The notes under the pieces: model-generated | Database searches by the model: none | Told to the model about the DNA's origin: nothing | What the model saw: only the letters and a program-made list of their open reading frames with translations | Assembly (NCBI GenBank): GCA_028826165.1 | Contig: JAPDFW010000124.1 | Location: forward strand, 62,001 to 126,000 | DNA: 64,000 nucleotides | DNA from: Anaeramoeba ignava BMAN | Lineage: Eukaryota > Protista > Anaeramoebae | Reading direction: 5' to 3' | Translations under genes and position numbers: made by a program | Part shown: in pieces, positions 26,765 through 38,789 of the stretch | Layout: the number at the start of each line of letters is the position of its first letter | How positions within the stretch are numbered: the stretch's first letter is position 1

Positions 26765-29700
26765 TTAATTTGATTTTAAATTTTCTGGTTCAATTTGTAA
26801 AGATTTTTCTAATGCTTTTTCTTTTGTATAAGAAGTAAATTGAGATAAAAGAGAAGAAATTTGAAAAACAGGTTGAAGAACATAATTTCTTTTCTGAAAC
26901 TTTTTAAGTTCCAAAATAACTCTAGAAATAAGTCTACATTTTTGGAAATTAATCATTTCACCGAAAAAACTTGGGTTTTTTTGATCAATTTCTTGCAAAT
27001 CTGATAAATGAATAGAAATACAAGGAATACAAGATGTTTCCAAATTAAAAATTCTGTTTTTATATTTTTCAAATGAATTTTTTGGATTCATAATTAAAAA
27101 GAAATTTTCAAATGAATCTTTATGTTTTTTGTTCATTTCAGTCCATATATTTTTTAACCGACGAACTGATTGATCACTTAATGTTTGTATAATTGCTTGT
27201 AATGATTGATAATTATTTAAAGCTAGTAAATGATCTCCTATTCTTATCAATCTTGATATAATTTTTGATCTTTGTCTTGAATTTTCAGCTTCAAATATTA
27301 ATGTGTAACATAAACTTTGTATGTTTTTAAATTGTTGAAGAAATAATAGTATGTTTGAAGATTGAAGTGTTTGTTTTAAATTTAACCAAGAAAATGTTAA
27401 TAATTCTTTTTCCTATTTTTATAATTATAATTTTGAAATTTTAATTTTATAATTTGAATTTTAATTTTTAATAAAAAATACTTGAATTGAAGAAAAAATT
27501 TTAAAATCCAAAATAGTCATTTGTCTTGCAATTTCTTCAGGATCAACATCAACAAAAGATAAAGTTTTACTAAAAATATTTTTTGGAACTTTTGGTTCTG
27601 GAGCCATTAACAAATCATGATCAAATTGGTCTTCTGAAGGATTAAACCTTTTAGAAATAATATTTCGGAAAATTGTTGAAATTTGTGAAAATCCTTCTTT
27701 TGGAAGTGTTGAATTAATAAAGTCTTGTAACTCGTGGAGAAGCATCTCATCAAAATCTGCGAAGTGATTCATCAACCAATTCTTTATTACATTACAAACA
27801 ACAAGTTGGATACATCTTTTGAACTTTTGAAATTCTTCATTTGATAAATCATTTAATTTTGGAACATGAAACCTTTTTTTTTGTTAATCATTTTTATTGT
27901 GTTTTTGAGAAAGGAATTATTAAGTATGTCAATTTGGTTTTGGATTTGAAATGAATTGTTGGTTTGATACCTTTGAATCAATTTGAATAAAAGCATATAA
28001 GGTGTTGTAAATGATTGATAACTAGTTAGGAAAGTTGATGAAAATTCGGGATCTGTTTCTATTTCTGGAGTAAGCTTTTCTATTAGTTTATTCAATGTTC
28101 CTGCTTCTATTTCACCCGCTTATTTGTTTTATTTAATTTAAATAATATTTTTGATTTTTTAATTGATGAAAAATATATTATATTTTTTTCATTTTGATTT
28201 TTTTACGAATTTCTTTTGAATATATTATATTTGTTTCATTATCAGGTGGTTGATTCCAAATTTGGGAATCGAATAAAGAATCGAGACCACTAAATAAAAT
28301 TAATTTAATTTTAAATATAAATATTAATTATAATTTTATTTTTAATATTAATTTTAAATATTAATATTAATTATAATTTTATTTTAATTTTAAATTTTAA
28401 ATATTTTACCTAAAAATACTTTCAGTAATATAAACTTCATCATCTTCTTGATTTGCTTCTAATTCAATTTCTTTAGGATAATTTTGATCCCAAATTGAAT
28501 CAACACTTGGAACTGAAACATAAAGTAATTGTTTTAAATATGGAATAGGATTATAATGTTTTTCAAATTTAACTTTAGCTTCTGTTTCTAAAGTTTTGAG
28601 AGTTTTTTGAAATTTATTATGAAAGAAGTAATTTAATAATAATTGGAAAATAGTTCGATTTGATAAGCTTTCTCTTGCTTCAGTATAAGAAACATCATAA
28701 AGTTTTCCAAAACTTAATTTTAATTTTAATTTTAATTTTAATTTTAATTTTAATTTTAATTTTAATTTTAATTTTAATTTTAATTTTAATTTTAATTTTA
28801 ATTTTAATTTTAATTTTAATTTTAATTTTAATTTTAATTTTAATTTTAATTTTAATTTTAATTTTAATTTTAATATTATTTTTAATTTTAATTTTAATTT
28901 TAATTTTATAAATGAATTTTAATTTTAATTTTAATATTAATTTTAATATTAATTTTAATTTTAATTTTAATTTTAATTTTAATTTTAATTTTAATTTTAA
29001 TTTTATAAATGAATTTTAATTTTAAATTCTTTATTAATTACGATTGTTCTTTTGTTACAACTCGAATTCTTTCTTTCAAAATTAAAATTTCAGGATTTTT
29101 TCTCATAAAATAAGAAAGCCATTCTGATTTTGGAATTTTTAATTCTTCTGTTTCAATTTCTTGTGAATCTTCATCAATAATATTTGGTGGAATTTTATTT
29201 TCTAATTCTTCTATTTTTTCTTGATTTTCTTGATTAATTTCCTTTTGATTTTCTTGATTAATTTCCTTTTGATTTTCTTGATTAATTTCTTTTTGGTTTT
29301 CTTGATTTTCTTGATTTTCTTGATTTTCTTGATTAATTTCCTTTTGATTTTCTTGATTTGAATTATTTTCAAACATATTTTCAAGTGTATTTATCATAAA
29401 ATTTGGTTCTGAAAAAGTTGGTTTAATTGCATTTTTCAAATTAGGATCAAATTTTTCAAATGGTTTTTTTAAATTATTTAAATTTTGAGAATGTAATTTT
29501 TGGGATAATTTTGTTTTTTTTTTAAATGTTGGTGATTTTGCTCTTTTTCTAGTTTTTGGTTCTTGTTCTTTTAAAAAAAAATCATCATCAATTTTAAACT
29601 ATAAATTAATTATTAAAAAAATATAAATAAATTTTATATTGATTTTTTTTGTTTGATGAATTAAATTATTTGTTATTTTTTTTACACTTGTTGTTTTAGA

Positions 29701-30388
29701 AATTGGTTTTATCAAATTTTCAGAATTTGTAATATTTTGAATTTCTTCATTTAAATTTTCATTTTCATTTTGATTTTGATTTTGATTTTCATTTTGATTT
29801 TGATTTTGATTTTGATTTAAATTTTCATTTTCATTTTGATTTTCATTTAATTTTTCTCTTAATTTTTCTCTTAAATTTTCTCTTAAATTTTGATTTAGAT
29901 TTTCATTTAATTTTTCATTTAAATTTTGGCTTAATTTTTCTCTTAATTTTTTTCTTAAATTTTCATTTTGCTTTTCATTTTGATTTTCATTTAAATTTTG
30001 CTTTTCATTTTGATTTTCATTTTGATTTTGCTTTTCATTTTCATTTAAATTTTCATTTAAATTTTGATTTAAATTTTGATTTTCATTTTCATTTAAATTT
30101 AAATTTTGATTTTCATTTAAATTTTCATTTTGATTTTGATTTTTCATTTAAATTTAAATTAGAAAAATTATCTAATTCTTTTTTCTTTTCATTTGTCAAT
30201 AAATCATCTCTTGTTTTTAATCTTGGAAGTTTTAAAGGATTTGTAACTAAAATTTGATTTGCACTTTTTAATCTTGGAATTTTTTGCATTCTATTTAATT
30301 TTGGTAAAGACATTCCGGTTTTTAATTGAAGATTTTTTAAGAAATCATTTGCTCTAATTGTTTTTGGTGAATTTGGTTCTGGATCCAT
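26765..30388 (-). CDS. LisH-REM-CDC25 Ras guanine nucleotide exchange factor (aimless/GefA-like architecture), 7 exons, ~943 aa
   Basis: Exons 30388-29686 (+1 frameshift at ~30143), 29598-29042, 28712-28410, 28289-28207, 28118-27971, 27872-27482, 27412-26765. LisH-like RTIFQLLLNYFFHNKFQKTLKTLETEA; REM AGTLNKLIEKLT/FLTSYQSFTTP; CDC25 PEEIARQMT, LNNYQSL, CIPCISIHLSDL, INFQKCR. Confidence 0.92.
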
Positions 30389-30607
30389 AATTAAAATAAT
30401 TGAAATGATTGAAAAAAAAAAATAAAAAAATTTAATAAAGAAAAAAATAGCAAAAAAAAAAGAAAAAAAATGAATTTTGTTTTGTAAATAAATTTTTTTT
30501 TTTTAATATAAATTTTTTATTTGAAAAGATTATTTGGATTTTTTTTTAAAAATTAAATTTAAAAAATCATTTCAAATTTCAATTAAAAAATTTCAAATTA
30601 AAAAATT

Positions 30608-33600
30608 TCATTTATTTTCATTTGAAGGATCATAAATATCAAAATTAAAAGGAGCAACTGAATAATCAAAATCAAAAACTTCCGCTTCTTCATTTTGTGG
30701 ACTTTTTCTTGATTCAAAAGAATTCATTTGATTTTCTTGATTTTCTTGATTTGATTCAAGATTATCTTGAAAAACATTTTGAGTATTTAAAATATTTAAA
30801 TCTAAACTCAATTTATCTTCATGATTTAATTCTGATTCATTCAAAATCAAATCTTCATTTTCTGATTCAGGTTCTTCTAGAATTGTCGGAAGTTTTTCTT
30901 TTGATTTTTCTGTTCGATTTAATCCAAATTCTTCTTGAATAACTTCATCTAAAGTTTTATTCGAATATCCATATTCATTTTCAATAGGAATTTGTTTCAA
31001 AATTGTTTCAAGAATTTTTGGATCATCTATATTTCTTTGTCTTGTTTTTGGATCTTTTTTTATCAAAGAAAATGGAAAATAATTTTCATCATTTTCTTCT
31101 TTTAATATTTCAAATTCTCCATTTTTTTTTCTGTTTTGTGAATTTCTTTCAAGCATCTTTAGTTTGTATTCTTCAATAGATTCTGAACCAAGCCCAAAAC
31201 ATTCAGTTAAAATTGCTGAATTTTTTTTTGGTTTTGGTTTTTTTTGGTATTCAACTAAACTTTCTTTAAATTCTTGAATAAATTGATCATGATTTGGATC
31301 TCGAATTGGAAAAATTAATTTGGATTGAATTTGATGATTTTTTTGAGGAACATTTTTTTTTTGAACTTTTCGAATTGTTTTTTTTGAATTGTTTTTTTTT
31401 GAACTTTTTGAATTGGTTTTTTTGGTTTTTTGGATCTTTCTTGTTTTTGTAAATTTTTGATTGGATTTTTTTGAAGATCCATTATTTCTTGACTTATTAA
31501 GCTTTTAGTTCCTTCTTTAATCAATTGCTTTTCTGGTTTTTTTTCTTCTCGATTTTTTGGATCAGAAAAATTTGGAGTTTGAATTTCTGAATCTTTGAAA
31601 ATGGGAAATGAAATATTTTGTTTTTGAATAATAGAAACAGATTGAGAAATAATTGGATTTTCAACAGTTGAAATTGAAACAGTATTCCAAGTTGAGGGAG
31701 TTTGATTATTCTCTTTTTGTTGTTGAGCTTGAGTTGGAAGATTATTCCATTTGACAACGTTTTTTTGTTTCTTTTGGTTTTCTTTATTTTTTGATTTTTC
31801 TTGTTTTTGTAAATTTTTGGATCTTTTGGATTTTGATTCTTGGTGTTTTTCATCATTATCACAAAATATTTTGAACTGGGTTTCATTTGATTGTTTTTCG
31901 TTCTTTTTATTTTCTCTTTTGATTCTTTGCATTTGTTCTTTTTTTGGAATTAATTGGCGAGAAGTATTCATTTTTAAATCAGATGGCATTTGACCCAAAA
32001 TAACTCTTTCTTTTAAATTTTGTTCATTTTCTTGATCATTTTTTTTGCTATTCAAATTAGTTGCAATCTTGTTTGCAACATTTTTTAAAAAATTTTCATA
32101 ATGATTTTTGATTGTATTTTGGGGTTGAGCATTAACTGAAATTCCTTCTTCAAAAATCTTCATTGCAAATTCAGTTTTTCCTTTTGATTCAAGAATATGA
32201 GCAAAAGTTATATATAAAATAGAATGGTTTAATCCAATTTTGTTATGTTTAAGAAACTTGAATATATCAGTTGGATCTTCACAAAAATCTGCATATTCAA
32301 GCCATATTTTTAAATATCGTATGTCATTTTTAATTTCTTGATATTTCAATAATTCTCTTGTTGATCTTTCAAATAAATTGATAATTTCTTGTCCTCCTTG
32401 TGGTTGAATTTGTCGCTTCCATTTTAGATATTCAACCCATTTTTTGAGGAGTTCTTTTCCATTTTGGGTTTGTTTTAATTGGGTTTCAAATAGTCTTTTT
32501 TTTTTTGAAATAAAGGAATGAATATTAAATTAAATATTAAATATTATATTAAATATTATATTAAATATTAAATATTAAATATTAAATATTAAATATTAAA
32601 TATTAAATTAAATATTAAATATTATATTAAATATTATATTAAATATTAAATATTAAATATTATATTAAATATTATATTAAATATTAAATATTAAATATTA
32701 AATATTATATTAAATATTATATTAAATATTAAATATTAAATATTATATTAAATATTAAATTAAATATTATATTAAATATTAAATATTAAATATTATATTA
32801 AATATTATATTATATTAAATATTATATTAAATATTATATTAAATATTATATTAAATATTATATTAAATATTAAATTAAATATTATATTAAATATTGTAAA
32901 TTAAATATTAAATTAAATATTAAATTAAATATTATATATCAATTTGAATTAGATTGATTAAATTAAATATTAAATTAAATATTATATTAAATATTATATT
33001 AAATATTAAATTATATCAATTTGAATTAGATTGATTAAATTAAATATTAAATTAAATATTATATTGAAATAAATATTATATTAAATATTATATTAAATAT
33101 TATATTAAATATTATATTAAATATTATATTAAATATTATATTAAATATTAAATATTATATTAAATATTAAATATTAAATATTATATTATATTAAATATTA
33201 AATATTATATTAAATATTATATTAAATATTAAATTAAATATTAAATTAAATATTAAATATTAAATTAAATATTAAATTAAATATTATATTAAATATTAAA
33301 TTAAATATTATATTAAATATTATATTAAATATTATATTAAATATTAAATTAAATATTATATTAAATATTATATTAAATATTATATTAAATATTATATTAA
33401 ATATTATATTAAATATTATATTAAATATTATATTAAATATTATATTAAATATTATATTAAATATTAATTAAATATTATATTAAATATTATATATTAAAAT
33501 ATTAAAATTAAAATATTAAATTAAATATTAAATATTAAATATTATATTAAATATTATATTAAATATTATATTAAATATTATATTAAATATTAAATATTAA

Positions 33601-34093
33601 ATATTAAATTAAATATTAAATTAAATATTATATTAAATATTATATTAAATATTATATTAAATTAAATATTAAATTAAATATTAAATATTAAATATTATAT
33701 TAAATATTAAATATTAAATTAAATATTATATATTAAATTAAATATTATATTAAATATTGTATTAAATATTAAATATTAAATATTATAAATTATATATCAA
33801 TTTGAATTAGATTGATTAAATTGATCTAACTCAAATAAATTGAATTAAAATATATTGAATTAAAATAATCCCTCTTTGATAAAAACATATAAAGAAAAGA
33901 AAAGAAAAAAAATTTTTTGATAATGATTTTAATTATAATTTAATAATTACTGGGTTTTTTCTTGATCGTTTGTTGGATTAATTAATTTTTGAGATAAAAT
34001 TGATAAATCTCTTCCTGTTTTTAAAGGTTGAATATTTTCTTTACTATTTTCTATAACTTCAAAATTTAATTGGGATTGTGATTGAGAAGACAT
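30608..34093 (-). CDS. MAD3: Mad3/BubR1-type spindle checkpoint protein lacking a kinase domain, 2 exons, ~676 aa (one -1 frameshift at ~31380)
   Basis: Exon 1 (34093-33951) has KEN1 FEVIENSKENIQPLKTGR. Exon 2 (32494-30608) has the TPR region (WVEYLKW..QPQGG..NDIRYLKIWLEYAD), D-box RVIL, ABBA FKIFCD, KEN2 QQQKENNQTPSTW, ABBA FPIFKD and GLEBS-like GLGSESIEEYKL. Confidence 0.9.
32520..33790. repeat. ATATTAA / ATATTATATTAA satellite in the Mad3 intron (32495-33950)
   Basis: Mixed 7- and 12-bp A/T-only units, plus three copies of a ~29-bp TATATCAATTTGAATTAGATTGATTAAATT segment (~32935, 33013, 33793). Confidence 0.95.
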
Positions 34094-34540
34094 TTTAATT
34101 TTTTTTAATTTTTTTTAATTTTTTTTAAATAGTAAATCAAAATAAAAACACAATTTCAAACAAAAAGAAAAATAAATAAAAAATTTTTTTAATTCTTTTT
34201 TTTTTTTTAAAATAAAAATAAAAAAAAAAACAAAATAAAAAACAACGGATATAAAATAAAATAGAAGAAATTTTAAATTATTATTTAATTGAAAAACGTT
34301 CATTTTATAAATTAAAAATAAAAAGAAAAAAAAAGAGAAAAAATTAAATCGTTATTTTTTATTATTTTCCACTTTTTTTTTCCACTTTTTTCTTTTTTTC
34401 TTTTTTTTTAATTTATTTTAAAAAAGAGCAAAAAAAAAAAAAAGAAAAGAAATTATTTCTTTTATTCAAAAAAATAAGTAAAAAAACTTTTAAATGTGAA
34501 CTTTTTTTTTTTTTTTTTGGAAATTTAAATGAAAAATTTT

Positions 34541-34585
34541 TTCATTTCATTTTTTCATTTTTTTTCATTTTATTTTTTCATTTTA
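34541..34585 (+). promoter_or_regulatory. Tandem TCATT initiator-like element upstream of BTB-TLDc
   Basis: Five TCATT units in a T-tract ending ~15 nt before ATG 34600. Confidence 0.62.
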
Positions 34586-34599
34586 TTTTTAAGTAAAAA

Positions 34600-36052
34600 A
34601 TGTTTAATTATTCAAATTTAGAAAAACTTTCAAATGATTTAAAAAATTTATTTCAAAATCAAAATCAAAATCAAAATCAAAAATCAAAATCAAGAAGAAA
34701 GTTATTTTGATTTTGAAATAATTTGTGAACAAAATCAAACTTCATTTAAAACTCATAAATCAATTCTTTCTTCAAGAAGTGAATATTTTAAATCTCTTTT
34801 TAATTCCAAAATGAAAGAATATCAAGAAAATAAATTAATTTTAAAAGATGTTTCAAGTGAAATTGTATCTTTAATTTTGAATTATTTTTATTCAGGAAAA
34901 ATTGAAATTAATTTAGAAAATGCAATTCAAATTTTAATTTTTGCATCAAAATATTTAATTGATGAGTTAATTGAAATTTGCACAATTTTCATCATGCAAA
35001 ATTGCCAAATTGGATTTGTTGTTGATGTTCTTAAATTATGTGAATCAATGAATTTCAATAATTTGATTGAATTTTGTTATCAATTTATTTTGGAAAATTT
35101 TAATGAATTTATTAAAACTTCATTTTTTCTTGAACTTGAAGAAAATCATTTAAATTCACTTTTATCAAATGATGATATTTCAACAAATGAATTTGAAATT
35201 TTTCAATCAATAATAAAATGGGGAAAGCATAAATCAAATATTAATCAAGAAAAAGAGTTGGATAAAGAAGAAAAAGAAAAATTACAAAATCAAATTTCAA
35301 ATGTTATTGATAAAATCAGATTTATTGATTTCAAAAAACAAGAGCTTGAAGATATTTTGAAAGGATATTTAATTCCAAATCAAATTTCACAGAAATTAAT
35401 TCAATTCCAAAAAATTCAAAATCAAAATGACGAGAAAGAATATGAACAATTTATTGAAAAAGAAAATCAAAATGAAAATTCATTCATTTTCAAATCACGA
35501 TTTAGATTTGGATCAACAATAATTCGAGAATCAAATCATTTCAGAAAAATAAAACAATGGATAAATGATGATGAATTCATTTCCAAAATGAGATTAGGAT
35601 TTTCAGCCAAAAGAGATGGATTTTCAGCAGAGAAATTTCATGAGAAATGTGATAATAAAGGAAATACATTAGTTATTATCAAAACAACTGATAATTATAT
35701 ATTTGGAGGGTTTACAAGAGAAGGATGGAATTATGGATTTCAAAGATATATCACTGATCCAAATGCATTTATTTTTTCATTAAGAAATCCAAAAAATGAT
35801 CCTCCTCAAAAATTCACATTAAGACAAAATTGTGAAGGATATGCTCTTTATTATTTTGGTCAATATGGTCCTAATTTTGGTTCTGCTTATGATATTTGTT
35901 TGAAACAAGATCTTCGAAGTGGTTATACAAATTTTGGTTCTGCTTATCATATTCCTGAAGGTATTAGATATGAAACTGAAGAATCTATGAGTTATTTAGG
36001 TGGTTCTTATGATCAGTGGATAGTTGATGAAATTGAATGCTTTTTCATTTAA
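34600..36052 (+). CDS. BTB-BACK-TLDc protein, ~483 aa (one +1 frameshift at ~34681)
   Basis: ATG 34600 MFNYSNLEKLSNDL. Removing one A in the (CAAAAT)n tract gives BTB FKTHKSILSSRSEYFKSLF. BACK region and TLDc (SAKRDGFSAEKFHEKCDNKGNTLVIIKT..IFGGFT..W; GPNFG; VDEIECF) follow. Confidence 0.92.
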
Positions 36053-36059
36053 AGAAGAG

Positions 36060-36690
36060 AATTTGGATTTTGATTTGAATTTTGATTTAAATTTTGATTT
36101 GAATTTTGATTTGAATTTTGATTTAAATTTTGATTTGAATATTGAATTGAATTTTGAATTTAATTTTGATTTGAATTTTGATTTAAATTTTGATTTGAAT
36201 TTTGATTTGAATTTTGATTTGAATTTTGATTTAAATTTTGAATTAAATTTTGATTTAAATTTTGATTTAAATTTTGAATTTAAATTTTGATTTGAATTTT
36301 GATTTGAATTTTGATTTAAATTTTGATTTAAATTTTGATTTGAATTTTGATTTGAATTTTGATTTAAATTTTGATTTGGATTTTGATTTTAATTTTGATT
36401 TAAATTTTGATTTGAATTTTGATTTAAATTTTGATTTAAATTTTGATTTAAATTTTGATTTGAATTTTGATTTAAATTTTGATTTAAATTTTGATTTAAA
36501 TTTTGATTTAAATTTTGATTTGAATTTTGATTTAAATTTTGATTTGAATTTTGATTTAAATTTTGATTTTAATTTTGAATTGAATTTTGATTTTAATTTT
36601 GATTTGAATTTTGATTTGAATTTTGATTTAAATTTTGATTTGAATTTTGATTTAAATTTTGAATTGAATTTTGATTTGTTTTGATTTGGA
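36060..36690. repeat. 12-bp satellite TTTTGATTT[G/A]AA, intergenic
   Basis: About 52 units; explains the spurious FDLN ORFs. Confidence 0.96.
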
Positions 36691-36779
36691 TTTAAATAAA
36701 AATTTAAATAAAAAAAAAGGAATCAAAGAAAATTTCATTTTTCATTTCATTTTTTTTTTATTCATTTTTTTTTAAATAA

Positions 36780-38753
36780 ATGGGACAATCTTTAGAAAAA
36801 AATTTACACAAAGCATGCAAAGAAAATTCAATACAAGATGTAGAAAACATATTAAAAAAGAAAGTCGATATAAACGCACGAAACAAAGAAAATGAAACAG
36901 CATTACATATTTCATGTTCAAAAGAAAATTCAATTGAGATAATAAAATTATTGATAAAAAAAGGATCAAAAATAAATGCGAAAAATTATAGTGAAGAAAC
37001 ACCTTTACATATTGCTTGTAGATATCAAAACAAATACTTGTTTGATGTTGTTAAATTACTTGTTGAAAATGGAGCTGATTTTAATATCCAAACTTTAAAT
37101 GATGGAACAGTTTTAAATTTAGTTTGTGGAAATCCAAGAAATGATTCAGTTAAAGTTGCAAATTTTCTTATTGAAAAAGGAATTGAAATCAATTCAATCA
37201 ATTATAAAAAAGAAACACCTTTACATATTGCTTGTTATCAACAAAAATCACTTGAAATTGTGAAATTTCTTATTGAAAAAGGAGCAGATATTAATTCTAG
37301 AAATGGAAATGAAGAAACACCTTTACATTTGGCTTGCCAAATAGAAAATTCATTTGAAATTGTGAAATTTCTTGTTGAAAAAGGAGCGGATGTTAATGCT
37401 AAAACAAACAGAAATCAAACTCCTTTGCATTATTTAGCTTGGCTAACAAATTCAATTGAAATAATCCGTTTCTTGATCCAAAAAGGTGCGGATATTAACG
37501 CCAAAACAAAAGAAAATGAAACACCTTTGCATTATGCTTGTCATTTCCATAAAGGATATGTTTTCAAAATGATTAAGCTTCTTGTTGATAACGGCGCAGA
37601 TGTTAATGCGAAAACAAATTGGAATCAAACCCCACTTCATTTTGCTTGTCAAGAGCAAAATTCAAACAAAATTATTCAACTACTTTCTGATAAAGGAACT
37701 GATCTCAATGTAAAAACAATATCAAGTCATGAAACTCCATTGTTTTATTTGGTTTCCAAAAGAAATCCAAAAGGAATCCAAATTTTATTGATGAATGATG
37801 CCTTGATTTTCAACTTGGAAGAGCTTAATGTTCCTGATGAATTTATTCCTTTATTAGTAAAGTCTTATTCGCTCAACCAAGATTTATATAATTTGCTTAA
37901 TTCAAATGAATTTTCCGATTTGGAAATTAAATCAAATGATTCATTTTCATTTTTGGTTCATAAATTAATTCTCTTATCAAGATTCAATAACGATCAATCG
38001 ATTCTTGATAAATTTATCAATCTTTGCAAACAAAAATCAAAAGAAGATATCCAGCTTGTTTTGAGTTTCCTTTATAGCGGGTTCTTTAATTTTGATCAAA
38101 TAAAAAGCAAATTTGTTGATAATAAAAACTATTCAAAAAGTGTTTATGATTCATTTTCTTTATTTTATTCCTATTATCAAGATGCAATTGATCAAGATGA
38201 TTCTGATGAATTTTCTGAATCAATGGAACCAAGTTCAGATCCAATAGAAGAAACTGAAGAACATAATAATATGGATTGGGTCGACAAGCAAGAGCATATA
38301 AAAGAGTTTTTCCAAGAAATGCAACTTGATTCAAAATGGATTCAATCCAAAAAAGGAAGAAAAGGAATTGTAAAAGATTTCCAACATTTATATAAACAAG
38401 ATTCAACAAAAGATTTCACAATCATTTGTGAACAAAATAAAGAAATCAAAGTTCATAAATTAATATTGATTTTAAGAAGTGAATTATTCAAAGGAATGTT
38501 TGCGTTGAATAAGCAAGATTCTTCTAATAAAGTTCATGATTACTCAAAAAAATCATTTGAAACTATATATCAATTAATTTACTTTTTTTATAATGATAAA
38601 TTTGATGAAAGAAGATTGAAAAATCCAAAAATTATTCAAGAATTTGGAGATGTTAAAGATTATTTCCAATTAAATCCAAATTCTGCTTTTGAGTTAATTT
38701 TGAAAACTAATATATTTTTTTCTAAAAGAAAAAAAGAAAGAAAAAAGAAATGA
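36780..38753 (+). CDS. Ankyrin-repeat + tandem BTB protein (657 aa)
   Basis: About 9-10 ankyrin repeats (ETPLHIAC...LVEKGADVN) followed by two BTB-like domains (VHKLILLSRF; VHKLILILRSELFKGMF). Intronless. Confidence 0.95.
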   Translation: MGQSLEKNLHKACKENSIQDVENILKKKVDINARNKENETALHISCSKENSIEIIKLLIKKGSKINAKNYSEETPLHIACRYQNKYLFDVVKLLVENGADFNIQTLNDGTVLNLVCGNPRNDSVKVANFLIEKGIEINSINYKKETPLHIACYQQKSLEIVKFLIEKGADINSRNGNEETPLHLACQIENSFEIVKFLVEKGADVNAKTNRNQTPLHYLAWLTNSIEIIRFLIQKGADINAKTKENETPLHYACHFHKGYVFKMIKLLVDNGADVNAKTNWNQTPLHFACQEQNSNKIIQLLSDKGTDLNVKTISSHETPLFYLVSKRNPKGIQILLMNDALIFNLEELNVPDEFIPLLVKSYSLNQDLYNLLNSNEFSDLEIKSNDSFSFLVHKLILLSRFNNDQSILDKFINLCKQKSKEDIQLVLSFLYSGFFNFDQIKSKFVDNKNYSKSVYDSFSLFYSYYQDAIDQDDSDEFSESMEPSSDPIEETEEHNNMDWVDKQEHIKEFFQEMQLDSKWIQSKKGRKGIVKDFQHLYKQDSTKDFTIICEQNKEIKVHKLILILRSELFKGMFALNKQDSSNKVHDYSKKSFETIYQLIYFFYNDKFDERRLKNPKIIQEFGDVKDYFQLNPNSAFELILKTNIFFSKRKKERKKK

Positions 38754-38789
38754 GAAATAAAAAGAGTTTTTTTTTTAACTTTTTAATTT

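Noticed and set aside
33800-33836. 13-bp hairpin in the Mad3 intron
   Set aside because: Short, AT-rich and partly within a locally triplicated segment; plausible by chance.
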